Assembly (NCBI GenBank): GCA_004431415.1
Contig: QPMI01000210.1
Location: 85,173-149,172 of the forward strand
Length of the DNA stretch: 64,000 nucleotides
Direction of reading: 5' to 3'
Source of the DNA: Cyanophora paradoxa CCMP329
Taxonomy: Eukaryota; Plantae; Glaucophyta
Shown here: positions 9,001-21,627 of the stretch, piece by piece
Layout: every line of letters starts with the position of its first letter
Position numbering within the stretch: the stretch's first letter is position 1
The notes under the pieces: generated by a model
Seen by the model: only the letters and a program-made list of their open reading frames with translations
What the model was told of the DNA's origin: nothing
Database searches by the model: none
Program-made: the position numbers and the translations under genes

Positions 9001-12000
9001 GCGAGCCGCGCTGCGTCCGCCGCCTCCGCTGCCGCCGCGGCGCGCCCATCCGCCTCGCCCGCCGCCCGCTCCGCAGTCTCCGCGCGCTCGGTCGCCCGGC
9101 CCGCCGCGGCGGCGGCCTCGGCGGCCGCTGCCTCGGCCTGCTCGCGGGCGGCTTCGGCGGCGGCGCGCCGATCCTCGGCGGCCGCGAGCTGCGCGGCGGC
9201 CTCCTCCAGCGCCGCCTGAGCCGCCGCGAGGGCCGCGGCGTGCGCCGCCGCCTCCTCTTCGGCCGCCCGGTCGGCCGCCGCCCGCGCCTCCGCCTCCTCG
9301 CGCGACGCCTCCGCCGCAGCCCGCTCGCTTGCGGCGGCCGCCCGCACCGCCTCTGCCGCCGATCGGTCCGCGGCGGCCGATGCGGCGAGCGCCTCCGCGT
9401 CGGCCCGAGCGGCCTCCGCCAACTCGCGGTCCGCAGCTGCCTCCGAGGCGAGGGCCTCGGCGGCGACCCGCGCCCCCTCGGCCGCCACGCGCGCCTCCTC
9501 CGCGCCCCGCATCTGCCTTGCCGCCTCTTCCGCCGCCTGCCGCGCCACCCGCGCTGCCTCCGCCTCCTGCGGGGGGCGATCGGCGTAAGGGGGGCCACGC
9601 GGCGCCGCGGCTGCGCCGGACCCGCGCGTCGGCCTCGGAAAGCGCCTCGCGAGCCTCTGCAAGCGCCTGCGGCCGGGTCAGAGAAAAGCCGGGGAGGAGA
9701 ATTCCGCCCCGGCGCACCGCCCTCGCGTCCCGCGCGTCGGCAGCTGCCTCGTCACGCGCCGCCTCCGCTGCCGCCAGCGACTCCCGAAGGCTTCCGGCGA
9801 CCTGCCGCCGCGTCACGCCGGAGCCGAGAGCGCTCAGGAGGGGCGCCGCGCCTGCTGGGCGGTCTCCGTGCGGGCGCGCTCGGCGTCGAGGGCGCGGCGG
9901 GCGGCCTCCGCCTCGCCCAGGGCCGCCCGCAGCGCCTCCGCCGCCTGCAGGGCGCGGGACTCCGCCTCCCGCAGCGCCGCCCGCGCCGCCTCGAGCTCCT
10001 CTGCCGAGGGCCCCTGCGCAGCCTCCGCCTGCCCCTCCGAGGCCGGCTGCGAGGCCTGCAGCGGCGCCAGCGCCGACCCCGACGCCGACGCGGCCGGCCA
10101 CTGAATGTCCTGCGTCGCGTCCTGAGGCGCGGCGGGGTCGGCGGCGCGGGCGAGCGAGGGGTTGCGCGAGAGAAGTCGAACCGAATCCAGGAGCGGGGCG
10201 CTCGGCTGCAGAAGCGCCCCCGAGCTGGCCTGCGTGCCGCTCTGGGCGGCCCCTTGGGACTGGGCGGACCCGCCAGCGTGCAAGGCCTCCAGCGCCCGCA
10301 GGCGCGCCACCTCGCCCCGCAGCTCCTGCAGCTCCTGACGGGGCGTGAGGCGGGCGGCGCGGCGCGAGCCGGAGGCCGCCCGGCCCGCGCACCGTCTGGG
10401 CCGAGACGAGCCCCTGAGCGGCGCTCTGGTTCGCTTCCTCCCGCGCCCGCAGCGCCGCCCGCGCCTCGGCGGCCTCTTTCGTGGCGTCCTCGAGGGCGGC
10501 CGCCGCCGCCTGCGCCTCGCCCCGGGCGGTCTGCAGCTCCTGCCGTGCGGTGATGTAAGGGAACCAGAGGGAATGCGAGAGGAGCGGGCCACGCACCCCC
10601 TCGAGGCGAGCAATGCAGGCCCGCAGCGACGTCGACTCCTGCAAGGCAACCATCAGCGAGACAGGGGCGCTCGGGCCGGGCCGGCTGCGCACGGCGCCGT
10701 TGCCCTGCGCGGCGGCCCGCGCGGCGGCCGCGTCTGCGGCGGCCTGCTCGGCGGCGGTGCGGGCGGCGTTGAAGTTGCTGGCCGCGGCCGCCGCCATCTC
10801 CTCCGCCACCCGCAGCTCCGCACGAAGCCGCTCCGCTTCGTCCTGCAGCGCGGCGGCCGGCTCCGCCGCGGCCGCGGCCGCCTGCTCTGCCTCCTGCGCC
10901 CTCCGGCGCGCTTCGGCCGCCTCGTTCTCCGCGGCTGAGGCCCTCGCGAGGGCCGCCGCGAGGCGTGCATTCAGCTCCGCCCGCTCCGCGTCCGCGGCCT
11001 CCGCCGCGGCCGCCGCCTCGGGCCCGCCGTGCAGGGCCGCCTCGGCGCGCCTCAGCCGATCCTGGGACTCCTGCAGGAGCATCTGCGTGCGGAAGAGCGT
11101 CTCCTCCGCGTCCCGCCTCCCGCACGCCTCTGCGCGCGCCCGCCGCTCCGCTTCCTGCAGTTGCAGGCGTACAGCCGCGTCCACCACAGCGTCCTCGCCA
11201 GCGGGCGCGGGCTCCGTCTGCGCTTCCGCTTCTTGCACGACGCATCTAGTGCGGGCCGCGGACTCGAGCACCAAGTCCGCCGTGGCGGCGGCGACCTTCG
11301 CTTCGGCTTCCGAAAGAGCAGCCTGAAAAAGCGAAGATACAGTTACGCGCGGAGCTTGGAGAATACGACCGGGACGTACCTGGGCCAACGCAAGAGCGTC
11401 CTGCAGCGACCGTGCTTGGGAATCCGCAGTGTGCAGTTGTTCCTGAGGCGGCGCTTAGCGGCCGGGACAAAACCGCGGGGGATTGAAGGGCACCTTTAGC
11501 GCGGAATCGCTCTCTTCCTGCTGAGCTTTGAAGCGAGAAAGAGCCTCTTCCAGCTCCGCGCGAACCGCTTCGACGGCGGAATCGCGCTCCGTGGTCATCC
11601 GCGCGGTCAAGGCGTCGAGCTCGCCGCGGAGGCGCGCAGCGATCCCTCGCTCATGCTCCAGCTGACTCTTCAACTCTTGCACGCGACTTTCATCGCGTTC
11701 TTCGCCGGAGCTGCGCCTGTGTTATCAACGCACACCAGGCGAAGGATCATCTGCCGCGGGAACTGCCCGGGCGAGGCCACACTGAACGCACTCTGCTGAT
11801 CGGAACGTAGATCGCAAGGTTTAGGAGGGCGCAGCGGCGGCGGGGGAAAGGTCAGCCGATTTGAATGGATTGCGGGCGCGGCTGCGCACCGGCGAGCCTG
11901 GGGAGGTTCGCGAAAGCCAGCTGGAACTGTAGCTCTGCGAGCCGCTGCCTCAGCAACGCGCTTCACTGCGTGATTTGCGATGCACACCTGCACAGCTCTC

Positions 12001-12078
12001 GCGAAGTTTGTCGTTGTCTGCGAGGACCTGTTTGTAGAGTCGCAGCGAGACGACTTCATCTTTGCTGGAGGCCGGCAT
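6070..12078 (-). CDS. Very long Ala/Glu coiled-coil protein with C-terminal BRCT domain(s) (spliced)
   Basis: Exons MPASSKDEVVSLRLYKQVL / ELQFQLAF / QELKSQLEHE...; EAA-rich heptads; BRCT-like VVLVTG...ATHFVAPPGARTxKTLAGVLTGRWLLPVEWLEAS; basic C-terminus PTKRRRAKSG. Confidence 0.65.
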
Positions 12079-12353
12079 CGCGTTTCGCCGCGTGCCACGG
12101 TGCTTGCCAACACAGTGTACCCCACACTGCGAACGCAGCGCGGCTTCCTGCGCCGCACTGCGAGCCTCCGGAGCGGGAGAGCTGCCTCAAAACGATCCAG
12201 TGGTGGTTGCAAATGTCTTAGAGCATCCCTCCCGAACGTTGTCCCGCGGGAATCGAACGGCGCCCCGCAAGACGCCTTCACGCGAGCGCCCGTACCCCTC
12301 ACTTGCAAGTTCGTAGGGGCTCGCGGCTCGCCGGGCTCCCTGTATCAGCTGCA

Positions 12354-15300
12354 ATGCTAGCCGCCGGAGGTACCGCACGTCTGAGGGTTCGTACATGTCC
12401 GCGGACCCGAGCCGATGGCGCCAGCGATTGCGCCAGCCCCACGTGTGCCTTCGGGCGCATGTGGCGCATTTCCCTGTTGGGGGAGGCCACGCTAGGCGGA
12501 ATGCTTGAGCTTTAGAGCATCCCCTTCTCTCCGCCTGACCCGCCCTCGCAGAGCGCCCATGCGGCGTCCGCAGCGAGACGCGCGATGGCGACCAAGGTCC
12601 CCATGAGCCGTTTTGAGAAGGACAAGTATATCGACGATGCGTACGCCAAGATCGAGACAAGGCTCGGCGTCGTCCGCAAGAGGCTCGCGCGGCCTCTGAC
12701 TCTGGCCGAAAAGGTCAGCACGAGTGTCGCGTCCCTACGGCGTTGGGTGTATCTATCGCCTCCTGAAGCTCGCCGTAGGTTGTATATGGGCATCTCGATG
12801 AGCCCGACAAGGCTGAGATCGTCCGCGGGAAGTCGTACCTCAAGCTGCGGCCCGACCGCGTGGCCATGCAGGACGCCACCGCCCAGATGGCTGTGCTGCA
12901 GTTCATCTCTTCTGGCCTCCCGAGAACCGCTGTCCCGACCACAATTCACTGCGACCACCTCATCCAGGCCCAGCTCGGCGCCGACAAGGACCTGCAGACC
13001 GCCGTCGACCTTAACCGCGAAGTCTACGACTTCCTCGCCTCGGCCGCAGCGAAGTACGGCATGGGCTTTTGGCGTCCGGGCTCGGGCATCATCCACCAGG
13101 TCGGCGAAACCAGGCGACCGATCCTCCATGCGCCGCGCGCCCTTGACGCGCCCCGCGCCCGCGCGCAGATTGTGCTGGAGAACTACGGATTCCCCGGTGG
13201 CATGATGATCGGCACGGACTCGCACACGCCGAACGCGGGCGGCCTGGGCATGGTCGCGGTCGGCGTGGGCGGCGCGGACGCTGTGGACGTCATGGCGGGG
13301 ATCCCCTGGGAGCTCAAGGCGCCAAAGGTCATCGGCGTGAAGCTCACGGGCAAGCTGAGCAGCTGGACGAGCCCTAAGGACGTGATCCTGAAGCTCGCCG
13401 GCATGCTCACCGTGAAGGGCGGCACGGGCGCGATCGTCGAGTACTTCGGCCCGGGCGTCGAGAGCATGTCCTGCACCGGTGCGCGGCGCGCGTTGCGGGG
13501 CTCCGGGCCGCCTCCCTCTTCCATCCGTGACCGTTCTTCCGCAGGCATGGCCACCATCTGCAACATGGGCGCCGAGGCAAGCGCGGGAGCCGCGCGCAAG
13601 TTGCGCACAAGCCGCCTTTGCTGACGCGGCGCCGCAGATCGGAGCGACGACGTCGATTTTCCCTTACAACCAGCGCATGGCGGATTACCTGAGATGCACA
13701 GAGCGCGCCGGCATCGCCAGGTGCCGTCCCGCGCCCTCCCTTCCTTTTTGTTCCTTTACCGAGAACGGCGCAGCCTGGCGGACGCGTTCAAGGCGAACCT
13801 GGTGGCGGACGCCGGCTCGCAGTACGACGAGACCTACGAGATCGACCTCTCCACGCTCGAGCCGCACATCAACGGTGCCTGCCCGCCGCCTTCGCGCCCG
13901 CCCGCGGCGCTTGCCGACGGGGCCGCCGGCAGGCCCGTTCACGCCGGACCTGGCGCACCCGCTCTCGAAGTTCGCGGAGGCGGTGAAGGCGAACGACTGG
14001 CCGGAGAAGCTGACGGTCGGGCTCATCGGGTCGTGCACGAACTCGTCGTACGAGGACATGAGCCGGGCGGCCTCGGTGGCGCAGCAGGCCCTCCAGCACG
14101 GCGTCAAGGCCCAGGCCATCCTCTCCGTCACCCCGGGCTCCGAGCAGATCCGCGCCACCATCGAGCGCGACGGCCAGCTCAAGACCTTCGAGGACGCCGG
14201 TCCGCCCCGCCGCCCCCCTCCCCTGCTTTCCCTGACCCCGCCGGCGCAGGCGGCATGGTGATGGCGAACGCGTGCGGCCCCTGCATCGGCCAGTGGAAGC
14301 GCACGGACCTGCCGCCCAACGAGAAGGTGCGGGGGGCGTCGCCCCGGGCGGGCGGCCGCCCGCTCAGCGCTCTGCAGAACTCGATCATCACGTCGTTCAA
14401 CCGGAACTTCACGGCGCGGAACGACGGGAACCCGAACACGCACGCCTTCGTGGCCTCGCCGGAGATCGTGACGGCCTTTGCCATCGCGGGGCGCATCACC
14501 TTCAACCCCGAGAAGGACGAGCTCGTCGGCAAGGACGGCAAGAAGTTCAAGCTCAAGGCGCCCCCGCCCGCCTCGTCCCCCTCCAGCTCCCTGCTGACGC
14601 GGCGGGGCCGGTAGAGCCCGTTCGGGGACGAGCTGCCGAAGCGCGGCTTCGATGAGGGCCGCAACACCTTCCAGGCGCCCCCCGCCGATGGCAGCTCCGT
14701 CTCCGTCAAGGTTCCCGCTCCCCGCTCCCCTTCTCCCCCCCCCCCGCCTCCGCCCCCCGGCTTCCTGACGGGGCAGGGCAGGTGGACCCGAAGTCGGACC
14801 GGCTGCAGCTGCTGGCGCCGTTCGCCGCGTGGGACGGGAAGGACCCAGCGGACCTGCCCATCCTGCTGAAGATCAAGGGCAAGTGCACGACAGACCACAT
14901 CTCGATGGCCGGCCCCTGGCTGAAGTACCGGGGCCACCTGGACAACATCTCGAACAACATGTTCATCGGGGCGATCAACTTCGAGAACGGGAAGGCGAAC
15001 AGCGTGAAGAACCTGCTGACGGGGCAGTACGACACGGTGCCGGCGGTGGCGCGGGCGTACAAGGCGGCCGGCCTGCGCTGGGTGGTGGTGGGGGACGAGA
15101 ACTACGGGGAGGGGAGCTCGCGCGAGCACGCCGCCCTTGAGCCGCGCCACCTCGGCGGCTGCGCCATCATCGTCAAGTCCTTCGCCCGCATCCACGAGAC
15201 GAACCTCAAGAAGCAGGGCCCGCCCGCCCCGCGCCCCCTCCCACCTCCTCCCTCTCAATGCATTTCCGCAGGCATGCTCGCGCTCACCTTCGCGAACCCC

Positions 15301-15591
15301 GCCGACTACGACAAGATCGACCCGACGGACAAGATCACGATCAAGGGCGTCACGAGCTTCGCGCCGGGCAAGCCCCTGGCGCTCCTCGTGAAAAAGGCGG
15401 ACGGGCGGACGGTCGAGATTCCCGTCAACCACACGTACAACGAGCAGCAGATAGAGTGGTTCAAGAGCGGGTACGTCTGCGCCCGCCGCGCCCCCTAGCC
15501 CCCCTGACCGGAGGTCCTCACCGGGGTCTGGGTACTGCGGTACAGGTCGGCCTTGAATCGAATGAACGCCGTCAACGCCGCACGGAAGTGA
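12354..15591 (+). CDS. ACO2: Mitochondrial aconitate hydratase, 14 exons
   Basis: [79 protein letters not shown]; presequence [22 protein letters not shown]. Confidence 0.97.
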
Positions 15592-15872
15592 GGGCCTGGC
15601 CCGGAGGCGCGCGCTTTCTTGCTCGCTCTGCATTTTTCATGTGCTAGAAGCAGTTAATTTTGTCTCTTTCTCCCGTTCGCGCGTCCGGCTGTAAGTAGGG
15701 CTTCAAACCGGCGCCCTGTGTATACGTACGAATTCAAATTCAATGCAGTTCTCTATGCAGGAACTTCGGAAGGCTGCGATCATCGCATGCAGTTACCACG
15801 TTGATTAAATCAAATGGCGCGGCGCGCGCGTGCCGGGGCCTGAAGCTACAGGCGGGGGCGGGGCGGGGCGAG

Positions 15873-17660
15873 TCAGAGCTTGGCGAGGACGGCGTCGGCG
15901 CCGGAGGCGACGAGGGCGGGGGAGCCCGGCTGCTCGATGCCCATGTACTTGACGACGCCGTCCTCCACGATCATCGCGTACCGCGACGAGCGCATCCCCA
16001 TCCCTGCCCCGCGCCCCCTCAGAGCCCTGCCGGCGCCTTCCCGGCGGGCGCCGCACCGTTGGGGATGAGGTTCTTGTCGAGTCCGATCGCGGTGGCGAAG
16101 TCGGCGGAGCCGTCGGCGAGCATGAGGAGGCCCTTGGCGCCGGCCGCGACGCCCCAGTTGGCCATCACTGCCGGGGGCGCCCGTCAGCGGGGCGGCGGGG
16201 CGGGAGGGGGCGGCGGGGCGGGCCGTAGGCGTCGTTGACGGCGATGCAGGCGACGGTGTCGACGCCCTTGGCCTTGATCTGCTCGTACTTCTCCACGAAG
16301 CCCGGCAGGTGCGCCAGCGAGCACGTCGGCGTGTACTGCCCCCTCCCCCGTCACTCACCAAGCAACGCCCCAATCCAAGCCACTCACCGCCCCCGGCACC
16401 GCAAAGACCACCACCTTCTTGCCCTTGAAGATCTGCCCCAGTGTCCCCGGCTCAGCGGCGCCGCATGCGAGCGGGCGGGGGTCCGACAGTCGGGGCGGGG
16501 CGGGGGGCGCCTGGTCGGTGGTGAGCTCCTCGGCCTTGGCGGGTTTGCCCTCCAGCGAGCAGGCCTCCAGGGCGTCCGCCGAGATCGTCTTCAGCTTAAT
16601 GCCCTGCGGGGCGCGGCGAGGAGGCTCAGCGGAGGGCGCAGGTGCGTGGGGCAGAGGAAGCAGGGGGCGCGCCATGGGGATGGCCTCGCCCTCCTTGATG
16701 GGCGCGCTGCGGACGAGGCCCGGGACCTTCTTCGCGAACTCCTCGATCGCCTTCGCGAGGTCGACGTCCAGCTGCGAGAGGCCCCCGCAGTCGTGCGTGC
16801 TCAGCGTGATCTCCACCCTCTGCTCGCACCGCGCTTAGCCCCGCCGGCGCCCGCCACCCCGCCGCGCGCGGCGTCCGGCGCACGTTCCAGACGTTGAACC
16901 ACTCGGGGTGATGGCACATGGCCTCCGCCTTGTCAGCGACCTGCGTGCGCAGCGCGTCGAAACCGGGGCCCGCGGTTGTTGACCCCAGGCGTGCGCGGCG
17001 GCGGGCCGCACGCGGTTCATGAAGTTCCACGCCTGCTTGAAATCGCTGAACTGGAACGTCTTCTTGATCGCGTCCCGCCCTGCGCACGCCGCGAGCAACT
17101 CCGGTTAGGAAAGGCCAGGGCTAGATTCTGAGCTCAAGCGCTGGGCTGAAGCTACGGACCGGGAACAAGCTCCCAGCCGGGCAGACCAGTGAGCGCGGAC
17201 TTCTTGGCCTCAGCGTCGAGAAGAGTGGGCCTATGCGCACGCGTGAGTGGTGCTAAACGAGCGCGCGCGCACGCTAACGTAGCAGCACCCGCGCACCGAG
17301 CCATGGCCACGACGGAGAACGAGCGCCGAGAGAAGACGGGTGCGACGTCGAACGATCTCTGCGAGAAGAAGGAATTCCCGCTCTTCACAGACGCGCCGCG
17401 GAACGAGGACTTGGCGACTGCGCGTGGCCATGGATAAGCGACGCGCGCGAGCGCGTACGCACGCAGCGCGCACCTGCCCGAACGACCTTGCACGCGGTGC
17501 GGCTGGCAAGAGGAAGAGAGCGCCGGGCCTGCGAGGCAGCTAGCGGACGCGTAATGATGAGGTCGGCGTAAGCCAGCCGGCGCAGCGCGCGGAGGCTAGG
17601 CTCAGCTCGGCACGCTCGCGCACCAACCGAGGCGACGGCGAAGGCAGTCTCAGTGTTCAT
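15873..17660 (-). CDS. Organelle-targeted (likely plastid) fusion of pterin-4a-carbinolamine dehydratase and type II peroxiredoxin (Prx5)
   Basis: PCD: [42 protein letters not shown]. Prx: [43 protein letters not shown]. The domains join inside one exon. Start approximate. Confidence 0.85.
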
Positions 17661-17874
17661 GGAGTTCACACAGCCGGATGATCGCGGGTACGGGAGCCTT
17701 CAAGAGAAAGGGGTACCCCAGTTCGCTCAATCAACCCATATCGCTCGACCACCGTGCGTCTGTGCCCTTCCCGCTCGCTCGCGGGCCCAGCACTCGCGTT
17801 CTTAGCACTCCTGAGGTGGACTGGGTGTGGGAGCTTGTAACCGCTGGACCGGTCGCTGACTAGTGCGCGCCCAG

Positions 17875-18746
17875 ATGGCCTTCGTCGCCTCGACCCCCGT
17901 CGTTGCCCGCAAGGCGTTCGCCGGCAAGCAGATCGCCTCGGCCTCGTGCCCGGCGACCGCCCCGGTTTCGACGGTGAGCTGGGAGCTGGATGGCGACCGA
18001 GGGTCCAGTCCGGCGGCAGCTGACCGGCACGTCTTTTTCCCGCGAGTAGGTCGTGAAGGCCGAGGCCGCGCAGCCCAAGAACACCCGCCGGTCCGTCGGA
18101 AGTCTCGGAACTTCGAGAAACCTTCCGATGGATTTACTGAATATGGCGCGCGCAGTGAGTTCTTCTCGGCGGCGGCTGCCGTGACCACCTTCCTCGCCCT
18201 TCCCTCGGCCTCGTTCGCCGCTTTCGGTTCGTCGAATCTTCGTTGATTGCCTGCTTTCGAACCATCCGACATTTTCTGACCGTGCTTTCAGGCGAGGGCG
18301 CCCAGATCCGCGTCTTCGAGCAGTACGTTGGCGGCAAGGAGAGCCAGGGCGAGCCCCTCGCTGAGCGCGATGCGGCCGCCGCGGTTGAGCGGTGAGCGAA
18401 GTCTTCGAAGGCGAAACGCGCCGGCATCTTACTCGAGTCTCGCAGCATCAACGCCACCCGCAAGAAGGTTGAGCGCGCGGTGAAGAAGGCCGAGAAGGGC
18501 TTCTGGGCTGACCTCCGTGGCGACCTCCGTCTCTTCACTGCCAGCCTCGGCAACGACGTCAAGATCGTTGCCGCGGCGCAGCCCGAGAACGCGGAGCGCC
18601 TTGATTCCCTGAAGAAGGAGGTGTACGCGGCTTTCGTCGATGCCGACAACGTCGCGAAGGCGGAGGCGTCGCCCTTCGAGGCTGCGGGCCACGTGTCGAA
18701 GGCGCTTAAGGCGCTCGACGCCCTCATCGATGCCATCCGCGCGTAA
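17875..18746 (+). CDS. PsbQ-like thylakoid lumen protein with bipartite (transit + Tat) presequence
   Basis: MAFVAST transit peptide; spliced TRREFF twin-arginine motif, hydrophobic stretch and ASFA cleavage; mature KGFWADLRGDLRL...LKKEVYAAFVDADNVAK aligns by eye with the PsbQ four-helix bundle. Confidence 0.7.
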
Positions 18747-19366
18747 GCGCTTCGCGAAGGCGCGGGGCGCATAGGGCCAGCCGGTTAGCCTGCTCCCGCG
18801 TTTGGTCGTCGCCTCCTTTCTTTTTCCTTCCGATAGAGCGGGGTTTGTGCTGTACCTGTATCTAGTTGAGGACCATTCTGCAGTTTCGCAGACGCATAAT
18901 AACTTGGACCACTTTCAATTCTCTTGCTGCTGGAGGGCGATGGCATGTTGCACGGTCTTAGCAGATAAACTCCTGGGATGAGCAAGCTTTAAGCTATGGC
19001 ATGCGCATATCGAAGCACAAAATCCGGAATTAGAAGGTGATGCCATGATCATGTCATGATAGCGCGGTGGGTACTTTCTCGATAACGTTAGAATTCAGGT
19101 TGGCAGTTACGTTGATTCAGTTAGAATTCAGCAGAAAGCGCAGCCAGCGGCGAGCGATTCGCCGTCGCCGATGCGCGCGTACGCGGTTTAATCGAGTATA
19201 GCTAGTCCATGCCGTACGACAGCCGGGCGCATCATCCGACCTAGCTATGGTCTGGAGGGGTACGGGTGCGCATGCCGGCTCGCTTACGGCTCGCATCGTG
19301 GCGCGGTTTCTCAGCTACCTTCGCGTGCGAGAACTGCATCTACGTCGTTTGGCATCAGCGGCGATC

Positions 19367-21197
19367 ATGCCCCCGAACGCCTTGACCATGGAGGACCGGC
19401 TGCGCGGCGCTCTTTGGGCTTTTTTCATCGGAGACGCGCTGTCGATGCCCGTACATTGGTACTACAACACTGCTGCGCTCCGGCAAGGTGCCCAAGAAGC
19501 TCGCTCCGTCCAGCGCTCCGACCAGCGCGGCATGGCCAGCGCTGCAGCTGACGCGTATGCTGGCAGATTATGGCGTCGTAAAAGACTACTTCGCGCCGAA
19601 GAACCCGCATCCCGGTGCGCTTGTCGCCCTCAGCGGCTCGCACGTGCACGCGGCACGCTGGAACATCGCACGCCGGTCGAGCTTTTACTATTCCAGTGCT
19701 CACGCTCGCGCGTGCCGCAGACTCGATTCTCTGGCGCTCCAAGATCATGGACGCGCAATCAATTCGTGCGCCGCGGCCCCAGCCAGGCCCCAGGCCCCCA
19801 GCCGCTGCTCTGACTTTGCGACGAAGTCGGCGACCAAGCCAAGTTCTACGGCATGCGTGGGGCGCACTATCACCAAATCTTATCCAAGGGGGACAACACG
19901 CTCAACCTGCAGGTTCGTGGCGGCGGGGCCGGCGAGCCCTTGCGCTCCAAGCTCAGCCTCTGCCGGGCAGGTGGCGCGCGTCTTCCTGCGCTCGGTGGTG
20001 GGCGCCGGGTCGTACGATCCCGACGCTTTTTTGAAGGACTACAAGGACTACATGCTGGTTCGTTCATTTCCGCATCCCTACGCCCGGATCGCGCTCAATT
20101 TACGGCAGGAGACGCCCAACAAGGACACGTACGCGGAGGTCTACCACCGCGAGTTCTTCACGAACGTCGCCCGCGGGCTCCCTCTGAGGAAGTGCGCCGG
20201 GCCCGAGGGCCACGACACGGGTGCGCGGTCGCCCCGCGCGTCCCGTCCGCTCCTCTCGTCGACCCTGATTATGAGAGGCGCGCAGCGAGCGTCGGGGGGC
20301 TGGTCGCCATCGCGCCCCTCGCGCTGTACCTCGCCGGCGGGCGCGTCGCGGCGCCCAACAGCGAGCGGCTCGTCTCGACGCACCTCGCGCTGACCCACCG
20401 GAGCGCCCGCCTCGACGCCGTCGCCCGCACGTGCGCCCGTGCTTCGAACCCTCGTCTGCGCGCCGCGCCGCCTGCGAACCCTGAGCCCGTTTTGGCAGCT
20501 TCGCGAGGCTCGTCCACAGCCTGGTGGGCGGCGCAGACCCCGTCGCCGCCGTGCGGGAGGCCGCCCGCGCCGTTGGTGAGCTCCCCCGGGCGGCCCCCGT
20601 CTGCTTGGCCCGCCGCCGCCTCAGCTGCCGGCAGGGGAGGAGCGGATCGGGGGTCTGACGAGCCGGGAGCCCGGGGACGTCGTCGGCGGCCTCTATTCCA
20701 CCGCATGGTCCGCCCCGCCCCGCCCTCCCCTCCCGCCCCTCGCCCCGCCCCCGACCCCCCTGCCCGCCCCGCCCGCCAGCTACATCGAGCACTCGTACCC
20801 CTCCCTCCTCTTCCTCGCGCTCAAGAACCTGGGCGATCCCGAGAACGGTGCTTCTCACCGCCGCGTTCGCCGCGCGCCCGCCGGGCCCCTGCTCCCGACC
20901 CTGACCCGCCCCGGGCCGGCAGGCCTGGAGGCGGCGCTGGTGCAGAACGCGAACGTGGGGGGGGACAACTGCCACCGCGGAGCCGTCCTGGGCATGATCA
21001 TGGGCGCCGCCTTCGGCATCCGCGCCATCCCCCAGCGGTGCCCCGCCCGTCTCGCACCCGTCGCCCCGCGGCGGGGCCGAGCGGGTGCCGGGGGCAGGTG
21101 GATCGCCGGGCTGGCGCGGCGTGCGGAGATCGAGAAGGAGATCGACGCGTTCGTGAAGGCCGCCCTCGCCGGCGCCCCCGTGGCCCCGGGCGTTTGA
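19367..21197 (+). CDS. ADP-ribosylglycohydrolase family protein (ARH/DraG/crystallin J1-like)
   Basis: RLRGALWAFFIGDALSMPVHWYY; NANVGGDNCHRGAVLGMIMGAAFGIRAIPQRWI. Confidence 0.88.
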
Positions 21198-21627
21198 GCC
21201 ACGGGCCCATTCGCGCGCGCGCTCAGCAGGCTTCGCTATAGACGGAATTTGCGGATCCGAGGACGGACGCCAAGGTAGCATTCTCAGTGAATTCAAATAC
21301 TACTATAGCGATGCGTGCCGCAGGCCCGCAGCGCGATGCGATTATTCAATTATTTTGATAGGGAACGCGATGTGTGCCGCAGCGTACGTACGCGTACGAT
21401 CTATATCTATAGCTGCAGCGTGCTGGTACAGCTTCAGGCGAATTGACTCAGCGGGGGGAGTACACAAACATCAAGGGCCTGGGTCGGCATGCGCACGCGC
21501 GCGAGCAGCTGAGCTGCAGAAGTCGAAGCAGATTCTCGATCATAACGAGCGTGAAGCGCTTCACGTTCGCGCGCTCGACTTCCAGCCGGCGGGGTTTGTC
21601 GTGGCTCGTACATGCGCCGGCCCAGAG

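Noticed and set aside
5615-11388. ORFs of 1577, 1150 and 1119 aa and many similar R/P/G/A-rich ORFs
   Set aside because: Stop-poor shadow frames of very GC-rich DNA; the real gene is spliced and on the minus strand
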